NCBI GenBank assembly: GCA_945861955.1
Contig: CAMAWJ010000003.1
Coordinates: forward strand, 1 to 41,455
DNA length: 41,455 nt
Reading direction: 5' to 3'
Source: Bifidobacterium breve
Lineage (GTDB): Bacteria; Actinomycetota; Thermoleophilia; Gaiellales; F1-60-MAGs149
Under the pieces are notes generated by a model. The model ran no database searches. It was not told the DNA's origin and saw only the letters and a program-made list of their open reading frames with translations. Within the stretch, counting starts at the first letter, position 1; the number at the start of each line of letters is the position of its first letter. Made by a program: the position numbers and the translations under genes. Below, in pieces: positions 28,699-37,137 of this stretch.

Positions 28699-28940
28699 GT
28701 AAGCCACAACACGTGTCGTTTGAGAAAGGCCTTGAGCGACTCGAGGCAATCGCCGAGCGACTCGGCGAGGCCGAGCTGAGTGTCGAGGAAACGATTGGTC
28801 TCCTGCGCGAAGGCAAAGGTCTAGAGCAGGCGCTGCGCGGCTACCTCGAGACGGCAGAGCACGACCTGCAGGAGATCGAAGCCGGGCGGGGACTGACGGA
28901 GTTTGTGATCGACCGCCCCGCGGATCCACCAAAGTCCTAG
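28695..28940 (+). CDS. xseB: Exodeoxyribonuclease VII small subunit
   Basis: SFEKGLERLEAIAERL...LSVEE..L..EG; ATGA-coupled to xseA. Confidence 0.9.
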   Translation: MSKPQHVSFEKGLERLEAIAERLGEAELSVEETIGLLREGKGLEQALRGYLETAEHDLQEIEAGRGLTEFVIDRPADPPKS

Positions 28941-28983
28941 CCCCAATCCGTGCACGGTGATCGCATCTGTCACGCTTTGCTCG

Positions 28984-29916
28984 ATGGCTGATCCGATCAT
29001 TCGCTGCGAAGGTGTCACCCGCACCTTCGGCAATCGCACTGCTCTCGATAACGTCACGTTGACCGTCGAGCCTGGCCGCTGCTTCGGCTTTCTTGGCCCA
29101 AACGGCGCTGGCAAGACGACGCTGATTCGTTGCCTCCTTGGGCTTGCTCGCCCGACGAGCGGCAACATCGTGGTGCGCGGCTTCGACATCAGCCGCGAGC
29201 CCGCTGCCGCACTGGCCCGCGTGGGCGCGATCGTCGAAGAGCCTCGCTTCTACGGCTACCTCAGCGGTCGCCAAAATCTCGAACTGTGGGCAGCCTACGT
29301 TGGTGCTGATGCGATCTCCCGCGTGCCCGCCTTGCTGTCCCGCGTGGGGCTTGATACCCGCGCGGGCGACAAAGTTTCAACGTACTCGCTCGGCATGCGC
29401 CAGCGCCTTGGCGTCGCGCGAGCACTCTTGTCCGATCCAGAGGTGCTCGTCTTGGACGAGCCGACGAATGGTCTCGACCCAGATGGGGTCGCCGAGTTTC
29501 GCGTCCTGATCCGCTCGCTCGTCGAGCAAGATGGTCGTGCAGTGTTCATTTCTTCGCATCTGCTCGACGAGATCGAGAAGATTTGTGACGACCTCGCGAT
29601 CGTCAACCAGGGCCGTGTGATCACATCGGGGACGTTGGCCGAGCTGATCGCCGCTGGCGGGCGCGAGTTGAGGGTTGAATGTGACGACCCAGCGCGCGCC
29701 GAAGCGTTGCTTCGCGGGCTGCCGACGGTCTCGGCAGTGACCGTCTCGGCCAACGGCACGCTGTCGGTGCAGTTGGCTCCCGATTCGACCGAGACGCGCG
29801 CCGGTGTCAATCGCAAACTGATCGAGGCCGGGCTCGCCGTCAGCCGACTCGAACCACGCGAGGATTCGCTCGAGGAGCGCTATCTATCGCTCGTGCACGA
29901 GGCGGGTCAGGCATGA
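28984..29916 (+). CDS. ABC transporter ATP-binding protein (BcrA-like)
   Basis: GPNGAGKTT, YSLGMRQRLG, LDEPTNGLD, SSH. Confidence 0.93.
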   Translation: MADPIIRCEGVTRTFGNRTALDNVTLTVEPGRCFGFLGPNGAGKTTLIRCLLGLARPTSGNIVVRGFDISREPAAALARVGAIVEEPRFYGYLSGRQNLELWAAYVGADAISRVPALLSRVGLDTRAGDKVSTYSLGMRQRLGVARALLSDPEVLVLDEPTNGLDPDGVAEFRVLIRSLVEQDGRAVFISSHLLDEIEKICDDLAIVNQGRVITSGTLAELIAAGGRELRVECDDPARAEALLRGLPTVSAVTVSANGTLSVQLAPDSTETRAGVNRKLIEAGLAVSRLEPREDSLEERYLSLVHEAGQA

Positions 29917-30656
29917 TCGCCGTCGCCCGCGCCGACCTGCGCCGCATGCTTGCTCGCCGCGGTCTGATCCTCGCGAGCGTGCTCGTTCCGGTCGCAATCG
30001 TGCTGGTGCTCGCAGCCGTCTTGATGTTCCTACACACCCGCAATGCGGTCGATCACCCGTCCGTGGGTGGCTCTGCGTTTTTCTCGTTTATTTCGCTGCT
30101 CGGTATTATCTCGGTCGTGTTCGGCACGGTGATCGGTGCGATCTTTGGCGCCGAAGATGTTGCCAGCGGCACGCTGCGGTACATCTTGCTGACCGGCTTT
30201 TCGCGCCTGCGACTCTTCCTCACAAGAATCCCCGTGCTGGCAATCGTGGCGATCGGTGTGGCACTTCCGGCCTTCGTGCTCTTGCTGATCGGTGCGCTGA
30301 TTCTCCCGCACGCAGGCGAGCCCAGCGTGACGGCGAGCGAGGTCGGACGCCTGCTGCTCAGCCTCGTACTCAACGTCGGTATCTACGCGTTGATTGCGTA
30401 CGGCATCGGCGTCGCAATTCGCTCGACTGGTGGAGCGATTGCCCTCGCGCTCGGACTCAACCTGATCGGCATCAGCCTGTTCAACCTGATTACCCTCGCG
30501 GTGCCAGGCGTCGAGCCCTGGCTGCTCGATTCGGCACTCACCCGCGTGTCCGACGGCGGCGACACCAGCATTGCGATTGCGATCGTCGCGTTGATCGTCT
30601 GGCCCGCTGTGTTTCTCGCTATTGGCGTCGTTCGCGCGTTGCGCACTGAGGCCTAG
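29913..30656 (+). CDS. ABC-2 type permease
   Basis: About 6 TM segments, EDVASGTLRYIL; ATGA-coupled to the ATPase. Confidence 0.85.
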   Translation: MIAVARADLRRMLARRGLILASVLVPVAIVLVLAAVLMFLHTRNAVDHPSVGGSAFFSFISLLGIISVVFGTVIGAIFGAEDVASGTLRYILLTGFSRLRLFLTRIPVLAIVAIGVALPAFVLLLIGALILPHAGEPSVTASEVGRLLLSLVLNVGIYALIAYGIGVAIRSTGGAIALALGLNLIGISLFNLITLAVPGVEPWLLDSALTRVSDGGDTSIAIAIVALIVWPAVFLAIGVVRALRTEA

Positions 30657-31684
30657 TGCCGCACGTTTCTTCGGAAATCGCTCCTGGCTGCTTTGCGGCG
30701 CCACTCGCCTCACTCGGGCGCGACACGGTGCCGACGGGTGAGCACTTCGTTCGCAGCCACTTCGGCGTACCGCAACTCGATACGGATCTGCACGCCATCG
30801 AGATCACGGGGCTCGTCAAGCGCTCGGTGCGTTGGACGCTGAATGACTTTCGCAAGCTGTCGCAGATCTCGACGCACGTGACGCTCGAATGCGCCGGGCA
30901 TCGCCGCCTGGAGCTCGACCCTTCGGCACCCGGCGTGCCGTGGCACCTCGGCGCGGTGAGCCACGCTCGCTGGGCGGGTGCGCAGTTGGCGGACCTTTTT
31001 GAGATTGTGCGCCCACTCCCCGAGGCCACGCACATCGTCTTGAGCGGTGCGGACGTAGGCGACGTTGAGGGGCGCACGAACCCAGAAGCGTTTGCGCGCG
31101 CAATCCCTTTGCGTGATCCCGTGGTGCGCGAAATCATCCTCGCTTGGTCGATGAACGGAAAGGGGTTGACGCCCGAGCATGGAGCCCCACTCCGTGCCGT
31201 CGTCCCCGGGTGGTACGCCGTGTCGTCGGTCAAGTGGCTCAACCGCATCGAGTTTGTCAGCCACGCGTTCGACGGCTTCTTTCAGGCGGTCGACTATCGC
31301 GTCAAGGAGGCGGGTGACGAGGGACCGGGCCGCGAGCTGACCGTCATGCCCACGCACTCGCTCATTACGTCGCCCAGCGAGTCCGAGACGATCCACGCGG
31401 GCGCAGTGGTGGTGGCGGGAACGGCCTGGGGCGGCGTCGGCGGCATTGGCCCCGTTGAACTCCAAGTCGATGACGGGGCCTGGCAGCGGGTTCGCACGGA
31501 GCCCGGCCCGGGCATTCACGCCCCGACGCAGTTTGCGCACACGATCGACCTTGCCCCCGGGACACACACGGTGCGCGCCCGTGCCACCGATCGCAAAGGC
31601 AACACGCAACCCGACTCAATCCCGTGGAACAGCCGCGGCTACGGCGTCAACACCGTGCACACGTTGACGCTCAACGTCATCTAG
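30656..31684 (+). CDS. Sulfite oxidase-family molybdopterin oxidoreductase
   Basis: FVRSH, LECAG (Mo-ligand Cys), MNG..L..EHGAPLRAVVPGWY..SVKWL, RATD..GNTQP. Confidence 0.9.
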   Translation: MPHVSSEIAPGCFAAPLASLGRDTVPTGEHFVRSHFGVPQLDTDLHAIEITGLVKRSVRWTLNDFRKLSQISTHVTLECAGHRRLELDPSAPGVPWHLGAVSHARWAGAQLADLFEIVRPLPEATHIVLSGADVGDVEGRTNPEAFARAIPLRDPVVREIILAWSMNGKGLTPEHGAPLRAVVPGWYAVSSVKWLNRIEFVSHAFDGFFQAVDYRVKEAGDEGPGRELTVMPTHSLITSPSESETIHAGAVVVAGTAWGGVGGIGPVELQVDDGAWQRVRTEPGPGIHAPTQFAHTIDLAPGTHTVRARATDRKGNTQPDSIPWNSRGYGVNTVHTLTLNVI

Positions 31685-32522
31685 CGCCCTGCGACAGCGT
31701 GCTCTGCGACGCGGCCGCCACTGCACCTGCCAGCGCCTCGGCGAGCGGTACGCCCTCTGCGATGCCCGCGGCGAGTGTCCCGCAAAGACAATCGCCGGCA
31801 CCCGTCGTGTCGACGGCGTCAACGATCGGCGCAGCGATGTGCTGCACACCGTCGGCCGTACACAGCAACGCACCCTGCTTCCCAAGCGTGACAATCACTG
31901 CGGCCCCGGTCTGTTCTTGGAGCAGCACTGCGGCTTGCTCGGGGTCGCTCTCGCCCGTCAGATCGGCCGCCTCATGTTCGTTAGGTACGAGCAGCGGATG
32001 ACATGCGAGCAGGCGGGGTGGCAGCGGTCGCGATGGCGCGGGATTGACAACGACGCTCCAGCCCGCCAGCGCGGCAGCCTCAGCCGCTTGACAGAGGGCC
32101 GGGTCGGGCGCTTCGAACGACAGGAGGAGCGCGCCGCGAGCGCCAGCCAGCGCCTCCGTGGGGAACTCCTCAACGAGGCGATTCGCACCGGGAGCGACTG
32201 CAATCTGATTCCCACCGTCGGCCGCCACGGTAATCAACGCCACACCGGTCGCAGCGGCACTGGTCTGACGTACGTACGTCGTATCCACCTTGCTGCCAGC
32301 GAGGTCGGCGAGGGCAGAGGCACCGTCTGCGTCCGCGCCTACGCACCCCACCAGCTGCACCTGTGCTCCCGCCTTCGCGGCTGCCACTGCCTGGTTCGCG
32401 CCCTTGCCACCACCGAAACGCTGGAAGGAGCCACCCGAGACGGTCTGTCCCGCTTGCGGGAGGCGCTCAACCGTCACCACGAAGTCGACGTTAACGGAGC
32501 CGACGACAACCACATTGCCCAT
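31677..32522 (-). CDS. rbsK: Ribokinase (PfkB family)
   Basis: VVGSVNVD, GGKGANQAVAAA, NPAP, PNEHE, VDTTGAGD. Confidence 0.85.
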   Translation of the reverse strand: MGNVVVVGSVNVDFVVTVERLPQAGQTVSGGSFQRFGGGKGANQAVAAAKAGAQVQLVGCVGADADGASALADLAGSKVDTTYVRQTSAAATGVALITVAADGGNQIAVAPGANRLVEEFPTEALAGARGALLLSFEAPDPALCQAAEAAALAGWSVVVNPAPSRPLPPRLLACHPLLVPNEHEAADLTGESDPEQAAVLLQEQTGAAVIVTLGKQGALLCTADGVQHIAAPIVDAVDTTGAGDCLCGTLAAGIAEGVPLAEALAGAVAAASQSTLSQGAR

Positions 32523-32535
32523 CAGACGACGTTTC

Positions 32536-33090
32536 TCACGTCGTCGCCGACGCGAGGATTTCGGCGTTCGTCAGCGATGTTGCGCCGTACATCTGCTCGG
32601 CATACGCGAGCCCCGTCGCATTGTCTTCTGGTGTAAAGGCGGTAATGCCTTCCGTGGCCAAGACCACGCGATAGCCCGCGATAAAGGCATCGCCCGCGGT
32701 GTGCTGCACACAGATGTGCGCGTGCTGGCCCGTCACGATCACGGTCTCGACGCCACGCTGCCGCAGATACATATCGAGGCCCGTCTGATGAAAACCTGAG
32801 TAGTAGCGCTTGCCGAACTCGACATCTCCAGGCTCGGGCGCCAATTCCGGGATGACCTGCGCACCGGGCGTTCCCGCCAGTGCGTGCGGCCCCCACAGCT
32901 GTTCTTCAGCGTCGCCAGGGAGGTGCGCGTCGTTGACGTAACAGATCGGCCATCCGCGCTCGCGTGCGCCGTGGAGCAGCGCCGCAAGCGGCGCGATGAT
33001 TGCCTCTGAAGGCGGGTTGGCAAGCGCGCCTGTGACGAAGTCGACGAGCATGTCGGCGACGATCACTGCGGGTCGAGATAGGGGTTCCAT
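32536..33090 (-). CDS. Isochorismatase-family cysteine hydrolase
   Basis: Catalytic triad D (VADMLVDF), K (GKRYYSGF), C (HICVQHT). Confidence 0.9.
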   Translation of the reverse strand: MEPLSRPAVIVADMLVDFVTGALANPPSEAIIAPLAALLHGARERGWPICYVNDAHLPGDAEEQLWGPHALAGTPGAQVIPELAPEPGDVEFGKRYYSGFHQTGLDMYLRQRGVETVIVTGQHAHICVQHTAGDAFIAGYRVVLATEGITAFTPEDNATGLAYAEQMYGATSLTNAEILASATT

Positions 33091-33198
33091 GACACAAAAC
33101 CGTATCAATCCGTACCCGTTTGGACTATCTGAGATGAATCTGCGGATCACGTGTGGCACCATGAGCACAGTTGTTCCCGACCACGAGGTTGTCTCCGC

Positions 33199-34368
33199 AT
33201 GCAGATGCGCACTACTCACGCACGCCGAATTCTGATCACGCTCGCCGCATGCGTTGCCCTGCTCGCCATCCCCGCACTGGCCAGTGCGAACAAGAACCTC
33301 CGTACTGGCTTTCTTGATAACTCCTACGTGATATCCGACCCGGCGGGCTTCTGGTCGGATGCAGTTGACCTGAATGTGGGCTTCATGCGCTGGGATGTTC
33401 AGTGGGTACACATGGCAGTCACCAAGCCTACGAACCCCCGCAACGTCGAAGATCCAGCCTACAGCTGGGGCGCAACCGACAATTTCGTCAGGCAGGCCGC
33501 TGAGCATGGCCTGCAAGACCGCATCATGTTTACCGTCTGGGCGACACCAAAGTGGGCCTCCTCGTTGAACGCCTCGGGCACGACTGCGGATATGCCAAGG
33601 ATCGACGCCTGGCGCGCCTTCGTGCACGTTGTCGCCACGCGCTACTCGGGCAACTACACCCCGCCCGGTGCTACCACCCCGCTGCCGCGCGTTATCTCGT
33701 ATGAGACTTGGAACGAGCCCAACGCCTCGTTTGCTCTGCGACCTCAGATCGTCAATGGCAAGGCCGTCTCGCCCGGCAACTACGTCAAGCTGCTGAACGC
33801 GTTGAAGTCGGAGGTCACGAAGGTCGTCTCTTTCAAGCCAACCTTCGTCGCAGGTGCGCTCTACAAGCAGGGTGGACGGCGTAGCGTCACACCGATCAAC
33901 TTTATACGTGGAATGGCGGCCGCGAAAGCGAAGTTTGACGTGCTATCGATGCACCCTTACAACAACACGCCGCGGCTCGGTCTCAAGGATGGGCTCGACC
34001 AGAGCAAGACGAATCCGAAGTTCATCGGCATCGGTAACTTCGATACCTTCATCACGTTGTCCAACCAGATCTTTGGCAAGAAGCGCCCGATCTGGGTGAC
34101 AGAGTTTGGTTGGCAGACGCCGAGAGACGGCAAGAACCAGTACGTCGCCACCGTCCAGCAACAGGCGCAATTCGCCTACGAGTCCGTGCAGCGACTCAAG
34201 CAACTGCCTCAGGTTGAGCGGGCTGCGTGGTTCCTCCTCCGCGACGATCCGCCCGGGAATGGCACGCGCTACACCACCGGCTTGCGTACCTTCGATGGCA
34301 CCAAGAAGCCCTCCTTTAACACGTGGAAGTCAGCAACCACGAAACTGCGGCGCTCGCCGATCAGGTAG
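33199..34368 (+). CDS. Secreted clan GH-A glycoside hydrolase (GH5/GH39-like TIM barrel)
   Basis: Signal peptide (RRILITLAACVALLAIPALASA), WNEPN acid/base, SMHPY, IWVTEFGW nucleophile, C-terminal GL...KP. Confidence 0.85.
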   Translation: MQMRTTHARRILITLAACVALLAIPALASANKNLRTGFLDNSYVISDPAGFWSDAVDLNVGFMRWDVQWVHMAVTKPTNPRNVEDPAYSWGATDNFVRQAAEHGLQDRIMFTVWATPKWASSLNASGTTADMPRIDAWRAFVHVVATRYSGNYTPPGATTPLPRVISYETWNEPNASFALRPQIVNGKAVSPGNYVKLLNALKSEVTKVVSFKPTFVAGALYKQGGRRSVTPINFIRGMAAAKAKFDVLSMHPYNNTPRLGLKDGLDQSKTNPKFIGIGNFDTFITLSNQIFGKKRPIWVTEFGWQTPRDGKNQYVATVQQQAQFAYESVQRLKQLPQVERAAWFLLRDDPPGNGTRYTTGLRTFDGTKKPSFNTWKSATTKLRRSPIR

Positions 34369-34371
34369 CTC

Positions 34372-34417
34372 GTTGTTGGTGGTGCGGCGGATCTATTTCG
34401 GCCGCACCACCAACAAC
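34372..34417 (+). terminator. 17-bp stem hairpin after the glycoside hydrolase
   Basis: GTTGTTGGTGGTGCGGC ... GCCGCACCACCAACAAC, starting 4 nt after the stop; no U-tract. Confidence 0.6.
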
Positions 34418-34459
34418 TAAACCCCATATTCGCTGGGCACGGCTCAGTCGCTAGGGGCA

Positions 34460-34511
34460 GTCTCTACGCTATGTCTCTATGCAGTGTCTCTTTGCAGTGT
34501 CTCTATGCTGT
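34460..34511 (+). repeat. Four tandem 13-bp repeats (consensus GTCTCTATGCAGT)
   Basis: gtctctacgctat gtctctatgcagt gtctctttgcagt gtctctatgctgt. Confidence 0.85.
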
Positions 34512-34636
34512 GGGCGACCGCGAATGCTGACCATCGATGCGCCGCAGCAACAGCAATCCGAGCTCAGCGATGGGCTCCAGACCCTCACTCGTCGTCTTGC
34601 GTTGCACCAGGACACCGCCGTCGCGTTGGCCGTTCG

Positions 34637-35827
34637 ATGCTAGCCACCTTCACGGTTCTCGTCGTGCTGACGACCGTCGCAAGCCTGATCTACAACGCGA
34701 TCCCGAGCCAAGTCACCTGGCTGCGACGCGGGCTGATTCTGCTCGTCTCAGCGACGGTCATTTACACGTTCAACCCCCGCACGCTCGCAATTGCCATTCT
34801 GATCACGGTTTTTGCCTTCGGTGTCTACATCCTCGCGCGCCGATTTCCTTCGCTCTCATGGATCCCTTGGCTGGTGATGGCCCCACTCGTACTGAACGCC
34901 ATCAGCGAGGTCGCCTTCGACCGTAACTGGGGCGATCTGCTGCCCTTCCCAACTGGATCTCCCGTCAGCCCGATGATCACGCAACTGGCCACGCTCGGGC
35001 TCTCGTTCTACTCCTTCAAGCTCTACATTTCGATCAAGGAGGGTCTTCATGCCGATCGACTACGCGTGCGCGACATGTTGACGGGAGTGCTCTTCTTTCC
35101 CAGTTTCCCAATTGGGCCGATCGATGGTGCCGCCGCCTTCAACGACGCGGCGATTCGTCGCCCTGCGAACCCTCGTCTATGGCTGCTCGGACTTGCCCGC
35201 ATCGGCATGGGTGGTGCGAAGGTCTACCTCGTCGCCGACTGGCTCACGAACGCACTGCCGGCCGCCCTCGGCTTCCACTCGCTCGAGTTTGTACAGACCC
35301 ATGTCTTTACGAGCCCCGGGCGAGCGCTCACCTTCATGCTGCTGAGTTTTTTGCTTCTCTACCTCAACTTCTCAGGCTTCTCGGACATCGCCATTGGCGC
35401 CGGCATGATGTTCAATCTACGCCTGACCGAGAATTTCCACTACCCGCTCCTGAGCAGCTCGATCCAAAACTTCTGGCAGCGCTGGAACCTCTCACTAGCC
35501 TCGTTTATTACAACGTACCTATTTAAGCCACTGCTGCGCACGACGGGCCGCCCGGTGGTGTCGCTGATCATCGCTTTCACGTTGATCGGACTGTGGCATC
35601 GCGTGTCGCTGGGCTACCTCTTTTGGGGCGTTGCTCACGGCACGGCACTCGGCGTGGCGCTGTGGTGGCGGAAGCGCGGTGGCAGGCCACTGCCGATTCC
35701 CAACAGCGTCCGGCAACTCGGTGGAATCGCACTGACCCTGCTCTTTGTCTCGTTCGTTTCGACGATCGCAAACATGCCGAATTGGCGTCGCACCCAACAG
35801 TTCTTGGAGGCCCTCGTTGGACAGTGA
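34637..35827 (+). CDS. MBOAT family O-acyltransferase (DltB/AlgI-like)
   Basis: LGLSFYSF, FFPSFPIGPI, YLNFSGFSDIAIG, ENFHYP...FWQRWNLSL, IGLWH; multiple TM segments. Confidence 0.93.
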   Translation: MLATFTVLVVLTTVASLIYNAIPSQVTWLRRGLILLVSATVIYTFNPRTLAIAILITVFAFGVYILARRFPSLSWIPWLVMAPLVLNAISEVAFDRNWGDLLPFPTGSPVSPMITQLATLGLSFYSFKLYISIKEGLHADRLRVRDMLTGVLFFPSFPIGPIDGAAAFNDAAIRRPANPRLWLLGLARIGMGGAKVYLVADWLTNALPAALGFHSLEFVQTHVFTSPGRALTFMLLSFLLLYLNFSGFSDIAIGAGMMFNLRLTENFHYPLLSSSIQNFWQRWNLSLASFITTYLFKPLLRTTGRPVVSLIIAFTLIGLWHRVSLGYLFWGVAHGTALGVALWWRKRGGRPLPIPNSVRQLGGIALTLLFVSFVSTIANMPNWRRTQQFLEALVGQ

Positions 35828-35978
35828 CCACAGCCAGCAGCCGCTTCACGAGCGTGCGTGGGCGTTCGCGCAGGAACACGCATTGTGGATCCAGATAGCG
35901 ATTGGCATCATCGCGTGGCTCGCGATCGCATTGGCCTTCCCACTCACCTCCACAACACCGATCTATGCCAGATACTGA
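35817..35978 (+). CDS. 53-aa single-TM DltX-like microprotein
   Basis: GGAGG-6 nt-TTG start; MDSDHSQQPLHERAWAFAQEHALWIQIAIGIIAWLAIALAFPLTSTTPIYARY; overlaps both neighbours; C-terminal xIYxx-aromatic motif. Confidence 0.75.
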   Translation: MDSDHSQQPLHERAWAFAQEHALWIQIAIGIIAWLAIALAFPLTSTTPIYARY

Positions 35979-37065
35979 GCCTATGCCTACAGACTCTTCG
36001 TCGTCGCACGGACGCTATCGCCTGACGCGCACCAACATCGTCTTTGGTGTCTTCGGGCTGTTCTCTGTGGTGCTCGTGGCACTGCTGCTGTGGTGGTCTG
36101 ACACGGCACCAGCACGCTACGCCGTCATGCCCTGCCAGTACAACGCGATCTTCGAAACTGCTGGTCCAGTCGGTGCCGTCGTGCTCGGCTCGTCGCGTGT
36201 GCAGCACGCTGTCTCGTCCCGCATCCTCTCCGCCGATTTGGCGGCTGCTGGTCGGCCAGACAACGTGATCAATCTCGCGCGGGGTGGTCGGGGACCAGAG
36301 CAGCTCTATCAAATGCTGCTCGACGTCGATCGGCAGCGCGGGCTGCAGGGCCCAATCATCGTCGAGTACTCGCCGCAGGACACGGCCTTTTGGCGCAACA
36401 CGCCGCTGTACTACCAGTACTACCCTGGCTTCGGTGCGAACGCCGAGTTTACGTCACTGACCGAGGATTGGCGTGCAAAACCACGCGAGCCTGCCTACAG
36501 CCGTCTCCGCGATCTATTCGGGTTGCTCGAGTATCGGCTCGATGCAGCGATCGAGAACAGCACCAACGGTAAGGCCAGCCGTAATCGTGTGCTGGCTACC
36601 GCAGGGCGGAACCACGACACTACGGTCTCGTGTTTGACCCGCCAAAAAAAAGGCCAAACTGCAGGACAACGCAATCAGCTTCGCCGTGTCTATGCCAAAA
36701 CAGTTCGCGTCTACGGGACAGACCCCACACCTGGCGACGTCCCGCCGGTGGCGAGCCAACTGCAGCTGATCAATCAGGATGCTCAGAATCACTACCTCGA
36801 TCTGATCATCTCGCTTGCCAAGCGGCGCGGCGTCCCCGTCTACCCCATCGTCGTTCCAGGATTCTTCGAGCCGGCTCCGTCGCCTGAAACGTTCACAGAG
36901 TTCGAAGCACGCTTCGGGATCCCCCTGCTCTATCCGGATTCCCAAGAGCTCGCTGCCTACGGCGACACGACACGATTCTTGGACGCCTTTCACCTCAACC
37001 TGACCGGCAGCGAGGCCTACACCGATTGGCTCGCCAGCATCATCGTGCAGGCACCCACCAGCTAG
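35965..37065 (+). CDS. Membrane-anchored SGNH/DltD-like acyltransferase
   Basis: N-terminal TM; VLGSSR nucleophile block (36181-36198); VINLARGG; FLDAFHLN (DxxH, 36982-36993). Start 35965 or 35983. Confidence 0.8.
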   Translation: MPDTEPMPTDSSSSHGRYRLTRTNIVFGVFGLFSVVLVALLLWWSDTAPARYAVMPCQYNAIFETAGPVGAVVLGSSRVQHAVSSRILSADLAAAGRPDNVINLARGGRGPEQLYQMLLDVDRQRGLQGPIIVEYSPQDTAFWRNTPLYYQYYPGFGANAEFTSLTEDWRAKPREPAYSRLRDLFGLLEYRLDAAIENSTNGKASRNRVLATAGRNHDTTVSCLTRQKKGQTAGQRNQLRRVYAKTVRVYGTDPTPGDVPPVASQLQLINQDAQNHYLDLIISLAKRRGVPVYPIVVPGFFEPAPSPETFTEFEARFGIPLLYPDSQELAAYGDTTRFLDAFHLNLTGSEAYTDWLASIIVQAPTS

Positions 37066-37137
37066 GCCTACCCGTCAGGCTGGGTCGAACTGGTTCCTTG
37101 TCGAACGCCCAGCGCTGAACGTCAAACAGCGGTAAGG

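Noticed and set aside
34460-34511. CRISPR or iteron array
   Set aside because: The 13-bp units are contiguous with no spacers, and there is no rep or cas gene nearby.
34637-37065. Naming the genes dltB/dltX/dltD
   Set aside because: No dltA or dltC in the window and the motifs diverge; D-alanylation of teichoic acid is not supported by the sequence alone.
37066-37137. Structured ncRNA between the convergent SGNH and 3D genes
   Set aside because: Only short imperfect hairpins, compatible with a weak terminator or chance.
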